Of a stretch of DNA of 64,000 bases, positions 26,142 through 36,753 are shown piece by piece. The stretch is taken from NCBI GenBank assembly GCA_043228905.1, contig JBHGNT010000017.1, positions 7,254,001-7,318,000 of the forward strand, in the 5' to 3' direction. Origin of the DNA: Azolla caroliniana. Taxonomy: Eukaryota > Plantae > Polypodiophyta. Each line of letters begins with the position of its first letter. Position 1 is the first letter of the stretch. The position numbers were made by a program, and so were the translations under genes. The notes under the pieces are model-generated. The model saw only the letters and a program-made list of their open reading frames with translations. It searched no databases and was not told the DNA's origin.

Positions 26142-27049
26142 AATTGTTAAACCACATTCCTCCTAGTTTAGTGTTTGGAGCTTGCCTTATCCATGGCTTT
26201 GACCTTAAATCACCTCTTTGGTTGAATCATTTGTTTTTGTATGCTACCATTGCAATGCTTGGGGTAGAATTGGGAATCCTTTGTGAACGCATTGTTTCTT
26301 CATGTCAAATATTCACAAGAATATCAATTAATGTTGGACAATTTGTAGAGTTTTGAGTGGTTTTAAATGTTGACCATGAGGGAGGAAGGGCACTAAGAAA
26401 GAGAATATTTTGTAATTTACTATGAATTTCCAATCCCAAAGTTAATACATCGTCTAACTTCTTTTGCCATATTGAGAGAAATTCACCAACCGGTTGTTTA
26501 TCCATCATTTTGTAGTTGACGAGTGCTTGAGGTGTATGTGCTTGTTGGGCATCTTTTTGGGGTTCATAGATAGTTAGTAGATGTGATATAGTTCCCAAAC
26601 TATTACAAAGATGGTGGTGGCTTTATAAAAGACCACCACTGAGGCAGTTTCCTTCTCATGAAGGAAACAGTCTTCCTATTAAACTAACTACTTTAAAGTT
26701 CTACTAATAATATTATTTTTCTTATTATTATTATTATTTTCCACACTACACTAGAAGAGAGACAAAGAGTGAGTCAAGATGAACACCACAACTTGGTCTT
26801 AGATGCAACCATTGTGTTTGATTAAAATCGACCTATACATGCATGGTCATGTTCCTGTTTCCTGTTAGAGGTATCCCTATTTCTATGGTAAAAATATAAT
26901 GAAGACATCACCCCTTTGAAGTGTAAAATGTGATGCTTAGATTGATTCATCATCGCCCATATTAGTTTACCCACGTCTTTCCTTTGTTTTTTAGTAGAAA
27001 CAAACAGAAAACATTAAAGAGCTATAACTCAATCCTAAAATACCCTAAG

Positions 27050-27485
27050 ACTACATTAGCTAAAACCTTCATCCTATCTTGTTCTATGTCTTTTGCTATA
27101 TGGAAATCCACCCCCAATCTCCAAACCTAAATCCTAAATCCTAAATCGTAAACCCCAAACCCTAAACCCTAAACCCTTACTACCAAATTGCACTTATCAT
27201 GTGTTTATGTGTCTCTATGCCAATACAAAACATGCAATGAGGTATTCGATTCACACTCCTTAATATCCAATACACATTAGCTTTCAAGTACCTTGTTCCA
27301 TGTCTTTTGCTATATGGAAATCCACCCCCAAGCTCTAGACCTATTTCCTAAATCCTAAACCCTAACTACCGAAGTGCACTTGTTGCGTATTTATATATCG
27401 CTATGCCAATACAAAACATGCAATGAGGTATTCGATTCACACCTTAATTTCCAGTACACATTAGGTTTCAAGTACCTTGTCCTTC
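27050..27485. repeat. Diverged tandem duplication (~200-bp unit) containing telomere-like CCCTAAA repeats
   Basis: TGTCTTTTGCTATATGGAAATCCACCCCCAA...CCAATACAAAACATGCAATGAGGTATTCGATTCACAC occurs twice. Degenerate (CCCTAAA)n at 27122-27177. Confidence 0.75.
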
Positions 27486-30483
27486 CCTTACAACATGATA
27501 CCAATTGGCAATGAACATGACAGACTTGATGGGAAGTCTACCATGTATTTGCAATTTATGTCTAAAGTTTTTATATATTTGGTTTCCATTGATTTTGTTA
27601 ATTAAGTTTAATATATTGTTTACTAGTTCATCGTTTGGTTTACACTTTAATAATATGTTTGTATTATGACGAATCATTTTTATTTAATATCCTCATACTG
27701 CCATTTGTTTTAAGTTAAGGAAGCTCTTGTTGTATAAAGAGAACTCATTAGGTATAAGTCTAGTATTAGTGATGCGAGTAAAAACAAGGATACTCCCTTA
27801 TCTTCTTACTCAAATTTTCATAGTGCATGTAAAGTTTCTCATGCATACATTAATGAGTAAAAAGAAGTGTAGAATTGAATTCCATGCTATGGACATATTT
27901 ATGATTCTTGTTGTGTGCATATCACAAATCTATGGCGGAACTCTATGTCTTTATCAAACATTTGCAAGTGTATATGAAGAAGATATGATTAGATTCTTGT
28001 AACTTGTTGTGAGCTATCTCACATTTCTTTTATTAGAAACTCAGGGTTTACACTACAACATGTGTTATTATTTTTGTAATTTAGTTATGAAGATTTTCCT
28101 AGGTGTGCCGGAATACTCTCCGCAAAATCTAATATAGATCAAACGCATGTATAGGCATCTAACGAAATGGGCATAGTAATCTCGAGATGGAACTCCTTAA
28201 GTGAAATAGGTCCTTTACAAGCTAGAAGTAGGTCTTCTACTTAATTTCAATAGATTTATAGGCTTTCCTAAAAGAATAAAGGGAGAACAAGATAAATATG
28301 AAAACAATAACGAGATACCTAACCATCAGAATAATATGGTTTACCACCTTTCCAAACTTATATGTAATGAGTGTAGGAAAATAAAGAGGGCAACTAGTTA
28401 AACTTATTTCAGATCAAACCACCCTAATATAGGCCACTTAATCATGCTAATCAGGTCACAGTGTAAGAGAGTTGACTAGAGGAACATAACATTGTATTGA
28501 TGTTACAACTATTGTGCCTTTCTAGTGGAAGAGAGTTGATTATAGGAACATAAAATTGTTTTCACACATGTAGGTAAATCTTGATGTACCTGATGAATGG
28601 TAGAATGCATTATCATCCCTATACAAACGTATATGTTAACATGTTCAAACCTAAATGCCTTTTCTTTTGTGGATTTAGCACTAATCTATTACTATGAAAC
28701 AATAATGTTCCCTCTTGCTGCAATATGCATTTTTTGTTGTATCAGTTGGCCATGTATAAAAGCTCACTATACACGTGGCAAAAGGTAAACGACTCTCACA
28801 ACCAGCCTCGGGAAAGCATTTAGCTATGTTGTTGTTGCTACTTGTGGATCGTGACGGTTGAATGTAAGTGGATATAGGGAATTGATTTGCATAGATCGTA
28901 GCATGGGAAATGAAGTATATTGTAAAATTAGGATGCTGGAACCCAATCTTAAACAAGCCCAAATTTTCATGTCATTCATTGTTTCATTTTTTGAAGTCAT
29001 TATTGTTAGTACTTAGTTAGTAGGGTTGGAAGATTGGTATCCAAACTTGTGATTCACATTCATGGTAATAACAGGGCTAGTAGAGATGATAAAACTTTGT
29101 GGTGCAATCAATATTCATGGTGATAATCATACATTTTGAATTATTAGGAAATTACATGTTACAAGAGGCAGGGGTTTTGACATGAGTTTGGGCAGATTAT
29201 CTTGAGTTAAAAATTGCCCATGCATTTATTTGGCTCTCGCATAAACTATTTATGCATATGTTATGTGGAACAACGATTTGAATCAAACTTCTCTAATATC
29301 GTTTAGAGCTATTCAATAGAATACTTGCAACAGTACTTGCAATCACCATTATTATGCATTGAATATCAAAGCGAGGGTGCCTATTGCTTGAAAAAGTCGT
29401 TGTGTGTATAGGCTCTTCCTTATATGCTTGATAAAGTCTTCGTTTGTTTAAGAAAAAAACTCATTTGCTTGAAAAAGTCATTGTGGGTATAGGCTCTTCC
29501 TTATGCTAGACAAAGTCTTCAGTTTGTTTAAGAAAAAAAGAAGATGGTCTCTCCCTCTTGCCTTCGTTCGAAAAGAAAAACTGAATGTTTACTTTCACGA
29601 TCATTTGGAAAGGTCATTCTCTTGACAACCCAACTCCTACTAAATAAATTGTGGCCTAGATAAGGCCACCTTTGCCCCGCAACACAATTTGATCGAAACC
29701 AAATCATGGGTATCATGATGTGACAAGCATCATTCCCCTCTTAGTTCGAATTTATAGACCTGCTTGGTTGCATCAATGGGCTTCATCGTCGTGCTTTAAT
29801 TATTTTAAGTATTTTAGAGTTAAGTGTGAATGAATACACGATGTCGAAGGCATTCACGTTGTCGTGCCTTTCGGCTCCGGATCGTTTGCGTGAGTCGGGT
29901 GGGAACCACCGGGGTTTTGGACTAGGAGGAGGAAGAATTTGAGATGAGGCTATTAATGAATAGATTATTAGAAAGAGAGATAGAAATTTCGTGAATCCCA
30001 CGAGTGTATTGTATTCGATTAATCAATATTTAGATAAGAATATGTATTTAGATTGAAAGAAAGATATAAGAAACTTGTGAATCCCACAAGTATAGATTAT
30101 ATTATTTTCGTGAATCCCACGATTATATTAATTGGTTGGTGTTTTCGGAAATATATCCAATTTCCAAATATTTCACACACAATTACATTGTGCTCCCCAT
30201 CCTTATGTAGTGATGGGAGAGACTAAGCATAGCTACATGCTTTTTTTCTAATATGTTCATGCACACTAAATATGCATGTGATGCTTTTCTAATCCTTGCT
30301 TTTATTTGCTAAATATAGTGCTCATGCACGCTAGATGTGCACGAGTCACTTTTTAGTTGCTTGCGTTTTTTCTATAAAATATTCACACACTCTAAAAATA
30401 CATGATTTACCTTTTTAATAAAGGTAGGCGCAAATAAAGCACTTATAGTTATTAAATCTATTTATAAAACACTAAATATAAGG

Positions 30484-30537
30484 TAGCATAATGGTAAAGT
30501 TGAGGTTTGGCTACATGGAGGTACAGGGTTCAAATCC
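30484..30537 (+). promoter_or_regulatory. tRNA-type Pol III A-box/B-box within the LTR (second copy 32897-32950)
   Basis: A box TAGCATAATGG (30484-30494) and B box GGTTCAAATCC (30527-30537) at tRNA-like spacing, with T-runs downstream. Confidence 0.6.
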
Positions 30538-30578
30538 TGCCCTATGCACGTGATAAATATCTTGATATATTATTTTAT

Positions 30579-32234
30579 TTATTTATATGTAATTAAATCG
30601 GTTATATTATTTTTTACTTTTTCACGTAGTGTACGAAATACACTACGACACTCGCCCCCTCCGAACCCGCACATCCTCCGGTATGTGCCGAAGTTGCCGA
30701 TGCTCGTTGTCTCCCCTTCATCCTCCGTTTGTCCCGCTATGTCAACTTTGTCTCTCCATTTTGAGTAGACCCATTCTTTCCACCCGAACCATTGTCGCCA
30801 TCGGATCCACCATATTCTTTGTTCATTCTTTGCATTGCCATGAGTGGTTGTCATGGTCCCTTGTGGTACTCTTGAGCATCTCGGTGTGTTGTCTCTCTCC
30901 ACTCCGCGCTTGTCTTCCGTAGGTTCTACCCACGCGTCGATGTCGACCTCCGAATACGCGCTCGCTGTTAGGTCCTTGTGCGGCTTTAATGCATGCTTTA
31001 TTTCTCGATGTTGCGCATGCGTCGTATTAGGCCGTAGCGCATGCTTCGTATTCCATCGTAGTGCATGCGCCGTATTACCCCGTAGTGCATACTTATTTTT
31101 GCACCGTAGCGCGTGCTTCTTTTTGCGCCGTAGCGTGTGCTTCTCTTTACGCCGTAGCACGTGCTTCTTTTGGTGCCGTAGTGCGTGCTCCGTATTACAT
31201 GCTTCTCCCATCGTAGACCCGACCTTCGCGTTGTCATGCTTTTGTTTACATCGGAATTTCAGACGGATCATCTTCCATCCGAACCGGCTTCCGACTTTAC
31301 CTTCCTTGTTGCCACCTCCCGTCTCTCCGGTCTCACGTTGGTTCTCGGACACAACCGCCGAAGTCTCTAGAATTAGTGGGTAGGAATCCTCGGTATTATC
31401 ATCTTCCGTTGTTTCACCCATAGCCATGTTCTCCTTGGCTATCTCTCCTTCGTATGCATCGGCTTCGACCTTCGTTTCGTTGCCGCCACTTTCCTTATCT
31501 TCGGTGTTATGTCGACACCCGGGCTCCAGTACCGAAGTCTCCGAAACAATGGTGAAGGAATCCCTTCGTTCGTGCTCATTTACTTTGTCTTCCTCGTTGC
31601 CCTTCCGGTCCTCCACTTTTCCACCGACACATTCCGTCTCTCCGGTCTCACGTTGGTGCACGGGCACAGCCGCCGAAGTCTCTGGAACCGGTGTGGGGAT
31701 ACCCTTTCGTCCTCGATCTTCCTCCTCCTCGTCCTTTGTTGGCCTCGACTTTGGTTCGGTTTTAAGCTCCCCTTCAATGTCGACTTGCGACTTTTCATGC
31801 ATCTCCGAACCCTTCCGCATCAAGCTCTCCTTCGGTGGTAGTCGGTGGCCGCTTTTCACCCACTGTTGACCGCCGTTCGTGGACCATGTCCTCGTCCGCT
31901 TCGGTCTTAGATAGTCATATGTGTCTCGTATAGCTTCTTCAAAGGACTCCCACATCGGGCTTTGTTGTCGTATCTCGTGGATTCTCTCTTGAAGCTCATC
32001 CGTAGCCACCCGGTTGAAAGATAACACTTGCAATCTTTCTGAGATACCATATCGCAACATCTCCATTTTGTAGTCACGTAGATAGCGTGACACATCGTTT
32101 CCGTTGAATTGTCCGTTTCGTTGTACAAGCCGCTTTACTACCGCCGTGATCTCCGACATCGCTCGTTGTTCTTGTAGCATCCGTTCGAACATCATCATCA
32201 TCGTTATGCTCATTGCCTCTTGTTGATTCTCCAT
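30579..32234 (-). CDS. Gag-like N-terminus fused to acidic and basic repeat regions (~551 aa from ATG 32234)
   Basis: Uninterrupted frame through the whole internal region. FNGNDVSRYLRDYK...WESFEEAIRDTY resembles a Gypsy Gag capsid start. About nine 8-aa HALRxxxK repeats. The stop lies inside the 3' LTR. Confidence 0.7.
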   Translation of the reverse strand: MENQQEAMSITMMMMFERMLQEQRAMSEITAVVKRLVQRNGQFNGNDVSRYLRDYKMEMLRYGISERLQVLSFNRVATDELQERIHEIRQQSPMWESFEEAIRDTYDYLRPKRTRTWSTNGGQQWVKSGHRLPPKESLMRKGSEMHEKSQVDIEGELKTEPKSRPTKDEEEEDRGRKGIPTPVPETSAAVPVHQRETGETECVGGKVEDRKGNEEDKVNEHERRDSFTIVSETSVLEPGCRHNTEDKESGGNETKVEADAYEGEIAKENMAMGETTEDDNTEDSYPLILETSAVVSENQRETGETGGGNKEGKVGSRFGWKMIRLKFRCKQKHDNAKVGSTMGEACNTEHALRHQKKHVLRRKEKHTLRRKKKHALRCKNKYALRGNTAHALRWNTKHALRPNTTHAQHREIKHALKPHKDLTASAYSEVDIDAWVEPTEDKRGVERDNTPRCSRVPQGTMTTTHGNAKNEQRIWWIRWRQWFGWKEWVYSKWRDKVDIAGQTEDEGETTSIGNFGTYRRMCGFGGGECRSVFRTLREKVKNNITDLITYK

Positions 32235-33537
32235 CTCCTTGCCACCCGCCTTCACGTCGGGTTCACCAACTGTGTCGTGCCTTTCGGCTCCGGATCGTTT
32301 GCGTGAGTCGGGTGGGAACCACCGGGGTTTTGGACTAGGAGGAGGAAGAATTTGAGATGAGGCTATTAATGAATAGATTATTAGAAAGAGAGATAGAAAT
32401 TTCGTGAATCCCACGAGTGTATTGTATTCGATTAATCAATATTTAGATAAGAATATGTATTTAGATTGAAAGAAAGATATAAGAAACTTGTGAATCCCAC
32501 AAGTATAGATTATATTATTTTCGTGAATCCCACGATTATATTAATTGGTTGGTGTTTTCGGAAATATATCCAATTTCCAAATATTTCACACACAATTACA
32601 TTGTGCTCCCCATCCTTATGTAGTGATGGGAGAGACTAAGCATAGCTACATGCTTTTTTTCTAATATGTTCATGCACACTAAATATGCATGTGATGCTTT
32701 TCTAATCCTTGCTTTTATTTGCTAAATATAGTGCTCATGCACGCTAGATGTGCACGAGTCACTTTTTAGTTGCTTGCGTTTTTTCTATAAAATATTCACA
32801 CACTCTAAAAATACATGATTTACCTTTTTAATAAAGGTAGGCGCAAATAAAGCACTTATAGTTATTAAATCTATTTATAAAACACTAAATATAAGGTAGC
32901 ATAATGGTAAAGTTGAGGTTTGGCTACATGGAGGTACAGGGTTCAAATCCTGCCCTATGCACGTGATAAATATCTTGATATATTATTTTATTTATTTATA
33001 TGTAATTAAATCGGTTATATTATTTTTTACTTTTTCACGTAGTGTACGAAATACACTACGACAACGTATGGCAATATCATAAGTTGGATACGAAACTAAA
33101 AAAATTATAATTACCACATTTCTCCTCAAGAATCCCAACCTTCTGTAAACCTATAAAAGCGTGATCAAAGTAGTGCAATATACTACGAGATTCATATTCT
33201 AATTTATAATTGTGTTATTGAGTTCTTGTCTTTTGCATTGTGATTAAGAAACCTAGGTCGATGGAACTTAGTGGTTAGTCATGAGAAAAATATACAAAAC
33301 ACGTTGGTGAGGAGGCAAGTGGGAGCATGGGCAATGAATTGTTCAGGAAAACATGAGGAGACATTGCATATGACGAGAAACCTCACAATCTTTGTCTGAA
33401 TTGTTGAAGCCAATGAGGTTATTGTTGTAGGCAACTAATATTTCCATTAAGAAATGAGGTTATTGTTGTAGCCAACAAATATTTCCATTAGTTTCTTAAA
33501 GTCTAGCAAGAAATTGTTAGTTAGCATGTTTTAGATG

Positions 33538-33585
<48 letters not shown>

Positions 33586-33590
<5 letters not shown>

Positions 33591-35227
33591 ATTATCGTCT
33601 TCAGAGGTCAAATATGACCTATGAGACCAAAAAAATTACATTTCATGTGATACGTGTGAAAGTGAGTAGTGACTCTCGATGTTCAAGAACTTTAACAATG
33701 AATGTTGCCATTGAGAGTGCACATTGTGGTTGTGAGAGAAATTCATGCAAGGATTGGTCTTGGTCGAAGATGTGTGGAAAGCATGGTCGAATATGATCAA
33801 AGGCAAAGCATTGTATCAAAGTGTGATACTCAGACTCTCGAACTTGTTTAGGGCAAAGTGTGCATAGTTGAGCACTCTCATCACTTGTGCCCCAATGCCC
33901 CATCTCACATCGCAATGCATGTGAGCTAAGTTGCATGGAAGCAATGGTTCGAAAAGAAGCCAACAGAATGGGCTCTAATATATATCGATGTGTATGGTTT
34001 CCCCATTCCGCGAAGAATATGGTTTTGTAGTTAGGTGCAACATGTGTAGTATAATGTATGAAGCGTGAGCCTCCACATTTTTCCCATGTCATGATACATT
34101 GGCGTTGGAAAAAGGCCTCATTTACAGAGGAATTTAGTGATGCATCATGAAGCAAATGTGTTTCATCCCATCTACCAAACCACCTTTTCATATCTTGCAT
34201 CCAACCGGAACACAAAAATTTGCTTTTATGCGTATTTTGGATCTTTAGGCTTGCTTCCCATGTGATTCTAGGAAGTCAGTTTGAAGGACTTTTTTGAACC
34301 TTAAGCATGTATTCAACAACCCTTTCCATGGCCAAGATCTCAATGGGAAATGATCCCATCTCAAGGAGGAGGATGTATGGTGTTTGTTTCTTAACTTGTA
34401 GAAACTTCTTGAGAAAATGTTTTTGGACATTTTCAAACTCTTTCAAGTAGATTTAGGAATGCTCCCACCCCATACTTCCACCAAGCACCAGTGTCACCAA
34501 AGGGTCGAAAAGGTATTTCTTGAGGATCCAACACTTAATATCTCCATGATTGCATGTGTTCTCAAATGCATAATATGCTCGCTTTCCCCCATCGAAGTGG
34601 TGTGTAGCACAATCATTCCATCTATGATTTGAGGGAACTTCAAGGCCAAGATATTTGAAGCTTTCCACACATACAAGTGACTCATTATTGTACATAATGC
34701 ATGACTTATGTCTTTTTTGGCTCTTCACAAGCATAATCTTTGTTTTAGAGCTATTAACACTTAATTTGGTATGCATGCAAATTTTTTCCAATGCCTTCAT
34801 AAGCTTTTGCACATCTTGTAAAGTATTTGCAAAAAGCACTACATCATCCGTATATAGCAAAAGCATAATGACCACATTTCAAATTACAACTTCTTTAACA
34901 CCTTCTTCCTTTCTAAACTTGGCAACCATTTCTTCCAATTCATAAGTGCATAGACCAAATAGAGTTGGTGAGAGTGGGCATCCTTCCTTCACACCAATAG
35001 TGTTATCAAAAACATCTGAAAGTTTATCGCTCATACGCACACAACATATAACCTTCTCATATATTCGGGAAATTCCAAGAATATATTCACTTGGCACCTT
35101 GAGTTCTTCCATTCCCTCCAAAGATGGTCATGAGGTACCATATCGAAAGCTTTCTTAAAGTCTACAAAGCAACAATATAAACCTTTACCTCCAAGGTGAC
35201 TTTCCTCCATTAATACTAGAAGGGTGA
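33586..35227 (-). mobile_element. 5'-truncated, degenerate RTE/RTEX-like LINE beside a (GA)n tract
   Basis: RT motifs CFVDFKKAFDMV, GVKEGCPLSPTLFGL, LLYTDDVVL and FKYLG; C-terminal CTLC...ESEYHTLIQC. (GA)n at 33541-33585. Clade assignment is tentative. Confidence 0.85.
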
Positions 35228-35334
35228 GATGTAACTCAATTGTAAGGTTGCCCAATGGAGACTAATAGATCGTGGGTTCAACCCCTACATCCCACAGTGA
35301 CATCTAGTGAATTAAGAGATATGTATGAAGTATA

Positions 35335-35879
35335 TGTTACTAGTAGCTTAGGATAACACGGTGCCAGACACTCGTTCCTTCGGTATCTGGCTCAAGGTCT
35401 TGTGGTGGGAGATGGTGGTATAGGCAAGTTCATTGCCTTAGCAAAATCCAAAACGCGTATAGGTAGGATCACTTGTGTAGCTACACGAATCAAACTATTG
35501 CGATTGTGGAAACTGTGGAGATTGGGAGCCGAGCCGTCTACAATCGACCGGTTATGTGCACAATACACAGAGTACTTAAAGAAACTAAACACAGATAAGA
35601 CTCTCGACATAGAGACAAAGACATAGTATAAGCAAAATCAAATTTCTATTAGAAGACACGACTTAGTACACTGTACAATTGATTAACCTTTACACTCTTC
35701 CCATGCCCATTTTTATAGGGATCATGGGTGGTTACATTTAGAACGTGAACCGCTACTACCACTAATATTTTGTGCCGTATAAGTTTTTCCTCTTCACTTA
35801 CCCAACCCCACGCGTATTCTATTCGACCCATAACTATCCTTTAGCCTTTTCACACCTGGGTCATCCAGACTGGCCAACA
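35335..35879. mobile_element. Solo LTR inside a double-headed tRNA-like unit (paralogous copies 44017-44569 and 61389-61941)
   Basis: TGTT...AACA ends. It interrupts GAAGTAT(G/A)TAATAGAGAG, which is contiguous in the empty units at ~6992 and ~44814. TSD decayed (GTATA/ATAT(G/A)). Confidence 0.75.
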
Positions 35880-36753
35880 ATATGTAATAGAGAGGTCAGA
35901 AAATTGGGTTTTGAACCCAAGACATAGTGCTTATAGTATGACATCGAACCCAAGACGTAGTTCTTATAGTTGACATCGAACCCAAGACGTAGTGCATGAC
36001 AACTTACCAATAGAATAAGCTAATTAGACGTACGGATCCAATGCAATGGGTGTCATAACCTCGATATGGATCAACTCGTAAAGTGGATTAGATCCCTTAC
36101 ATTCTAGATTGTATTAGCCTTGTACTTAAGTTTGATTAATGATTCATGGCTTTCCTAAAGGAATCAAGAGAGGATGGCGTATTGTAAATGTGAAAAACAA
36201 GGAGCAACTACCTAACAATCAAAGGAATTTATTGGTTCTCACAATATATCGTCGCTATGTAAGGGGATGTCAAGAATTGATGTCTGGTGGGCCAAATTTG
36301 GCCTTAGAAGAGTCAAGACTTAATATATCTTTCTCTTTCTTTCTTTCTTTCTTTACATAGGCCTCACATGGGGAAATGTAGTATATATCTTTTTTCATTG
36401 TTAGTAGCTATAGTTAAGGTGAGAAGATTGGTGCCTGAACTTGTGATCCACAGTGAATGAATATAGAAGCTTGTAAAGATGGTAAAACTTTGTTGTACAA
36501 TATTTGATGGGATGATGATAATAATAGTACGTTATGAGCTTGTATAGATGATAAAACTTTGTGTGCAATATTGATGGGATGATAATAATAATACGTTATG
36601 AACTTCCAAAGAAGTACATGTTACAAGAGCTACAATGTTTAAGAGTGAGAATTTAATAATAAATTTAAGAGTAACAAAATTCAAATGCATTTGCCTGATG
36701 CCATTTTATTTTCACCCACTTATTCTCCTCCCAATCCCAATGACATCGCATTC

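Larger units (their letters stand above)
7100..26745 (-). mobile_element. Old Ty1/Copia element A, the outermost host of the nest
   Basis: LTR remnants ~7120-7249 and ~26600-26745 share TATTACAAAGATGGTGGTGG..TTATAAAAGACCACCACTGAGGC. Polypurine tract (PPT) at 7250-7258. RNase H, RT, integrase and protease fragments at 7308-10638. The protease WYLDT motif, zinc knuckle and gag resume at 25428-26598, similar to the element at 48973. Left edge approximate. Confidence 0.8.
29860..33063 (-). mobile_element. Young non-autonomous Gypsy-type LTR element, Gag-only (TR-GAG-like)
   Basis: 791-bp LTRs 29860-30650 and 32273-33063 with no difference seen; TGTCGT...ACGACA ends; 4-bp TSD ACGT. PBS at 32251-32268 is complementary to the plant tRNA-Trp 3' end. 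PPT at 30651-30662. No PR, RT, RH or INT motifs. Confidence 0.9.
28000..36030. repeat. Unit A: older, diverged paralog of the B/C tandem unit, lacking the gene
   Basis: Collinear similarity: 28020-28200 to 48700-48900; 29010-29170 to 36400-36630; 29340-29860 to 38410-38880; 33065-33370 to 55980-56850 (minus the solo LTR); 34380-36025 to 43417-44685. Confidence 0.75.

Noticed and set aside
5760-26890. hAT terminal inverted repeats ACCATAGAA (~5777) and TTCTATGGT (~26881)
   Set aside because: Only 9 bp match and there is no 8-bp TSD, so the element boundaries are not supported.
28680-28965. Possible exon or ORF remnants (AG...GT-bounded LAMYKSSLYTWQK; 93-aa minus-strand ORF)
   Set aside because: No recognisable domain and no consistent multi-exon model.
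30985-31205. CRISPR-like repeat/spacer array
   Set aside because: These are contiguous degenerate 24-bp units without unique spacers, in eukaryotic DNA with no cas genes.
32251-32268. tRNA gene
   Set aside because: Only the 3' 18 nt of tRNA-Trp are present, next to an LTR, so this is a PBS. The other tRNA-like modules also lack convincing acceptor and anticodon stems.
32235-32414. Signal-peptide-like N-terminus (MGFTKFLSLFLIIYSL...) of the 611-aa ORF, suggesting a secreted or env-like protein
   Set aside because: It starts at a GTG inside the LTR and crosses the PBS. The same text appears in the other LTR. ATG 32234 is the more plausible start.
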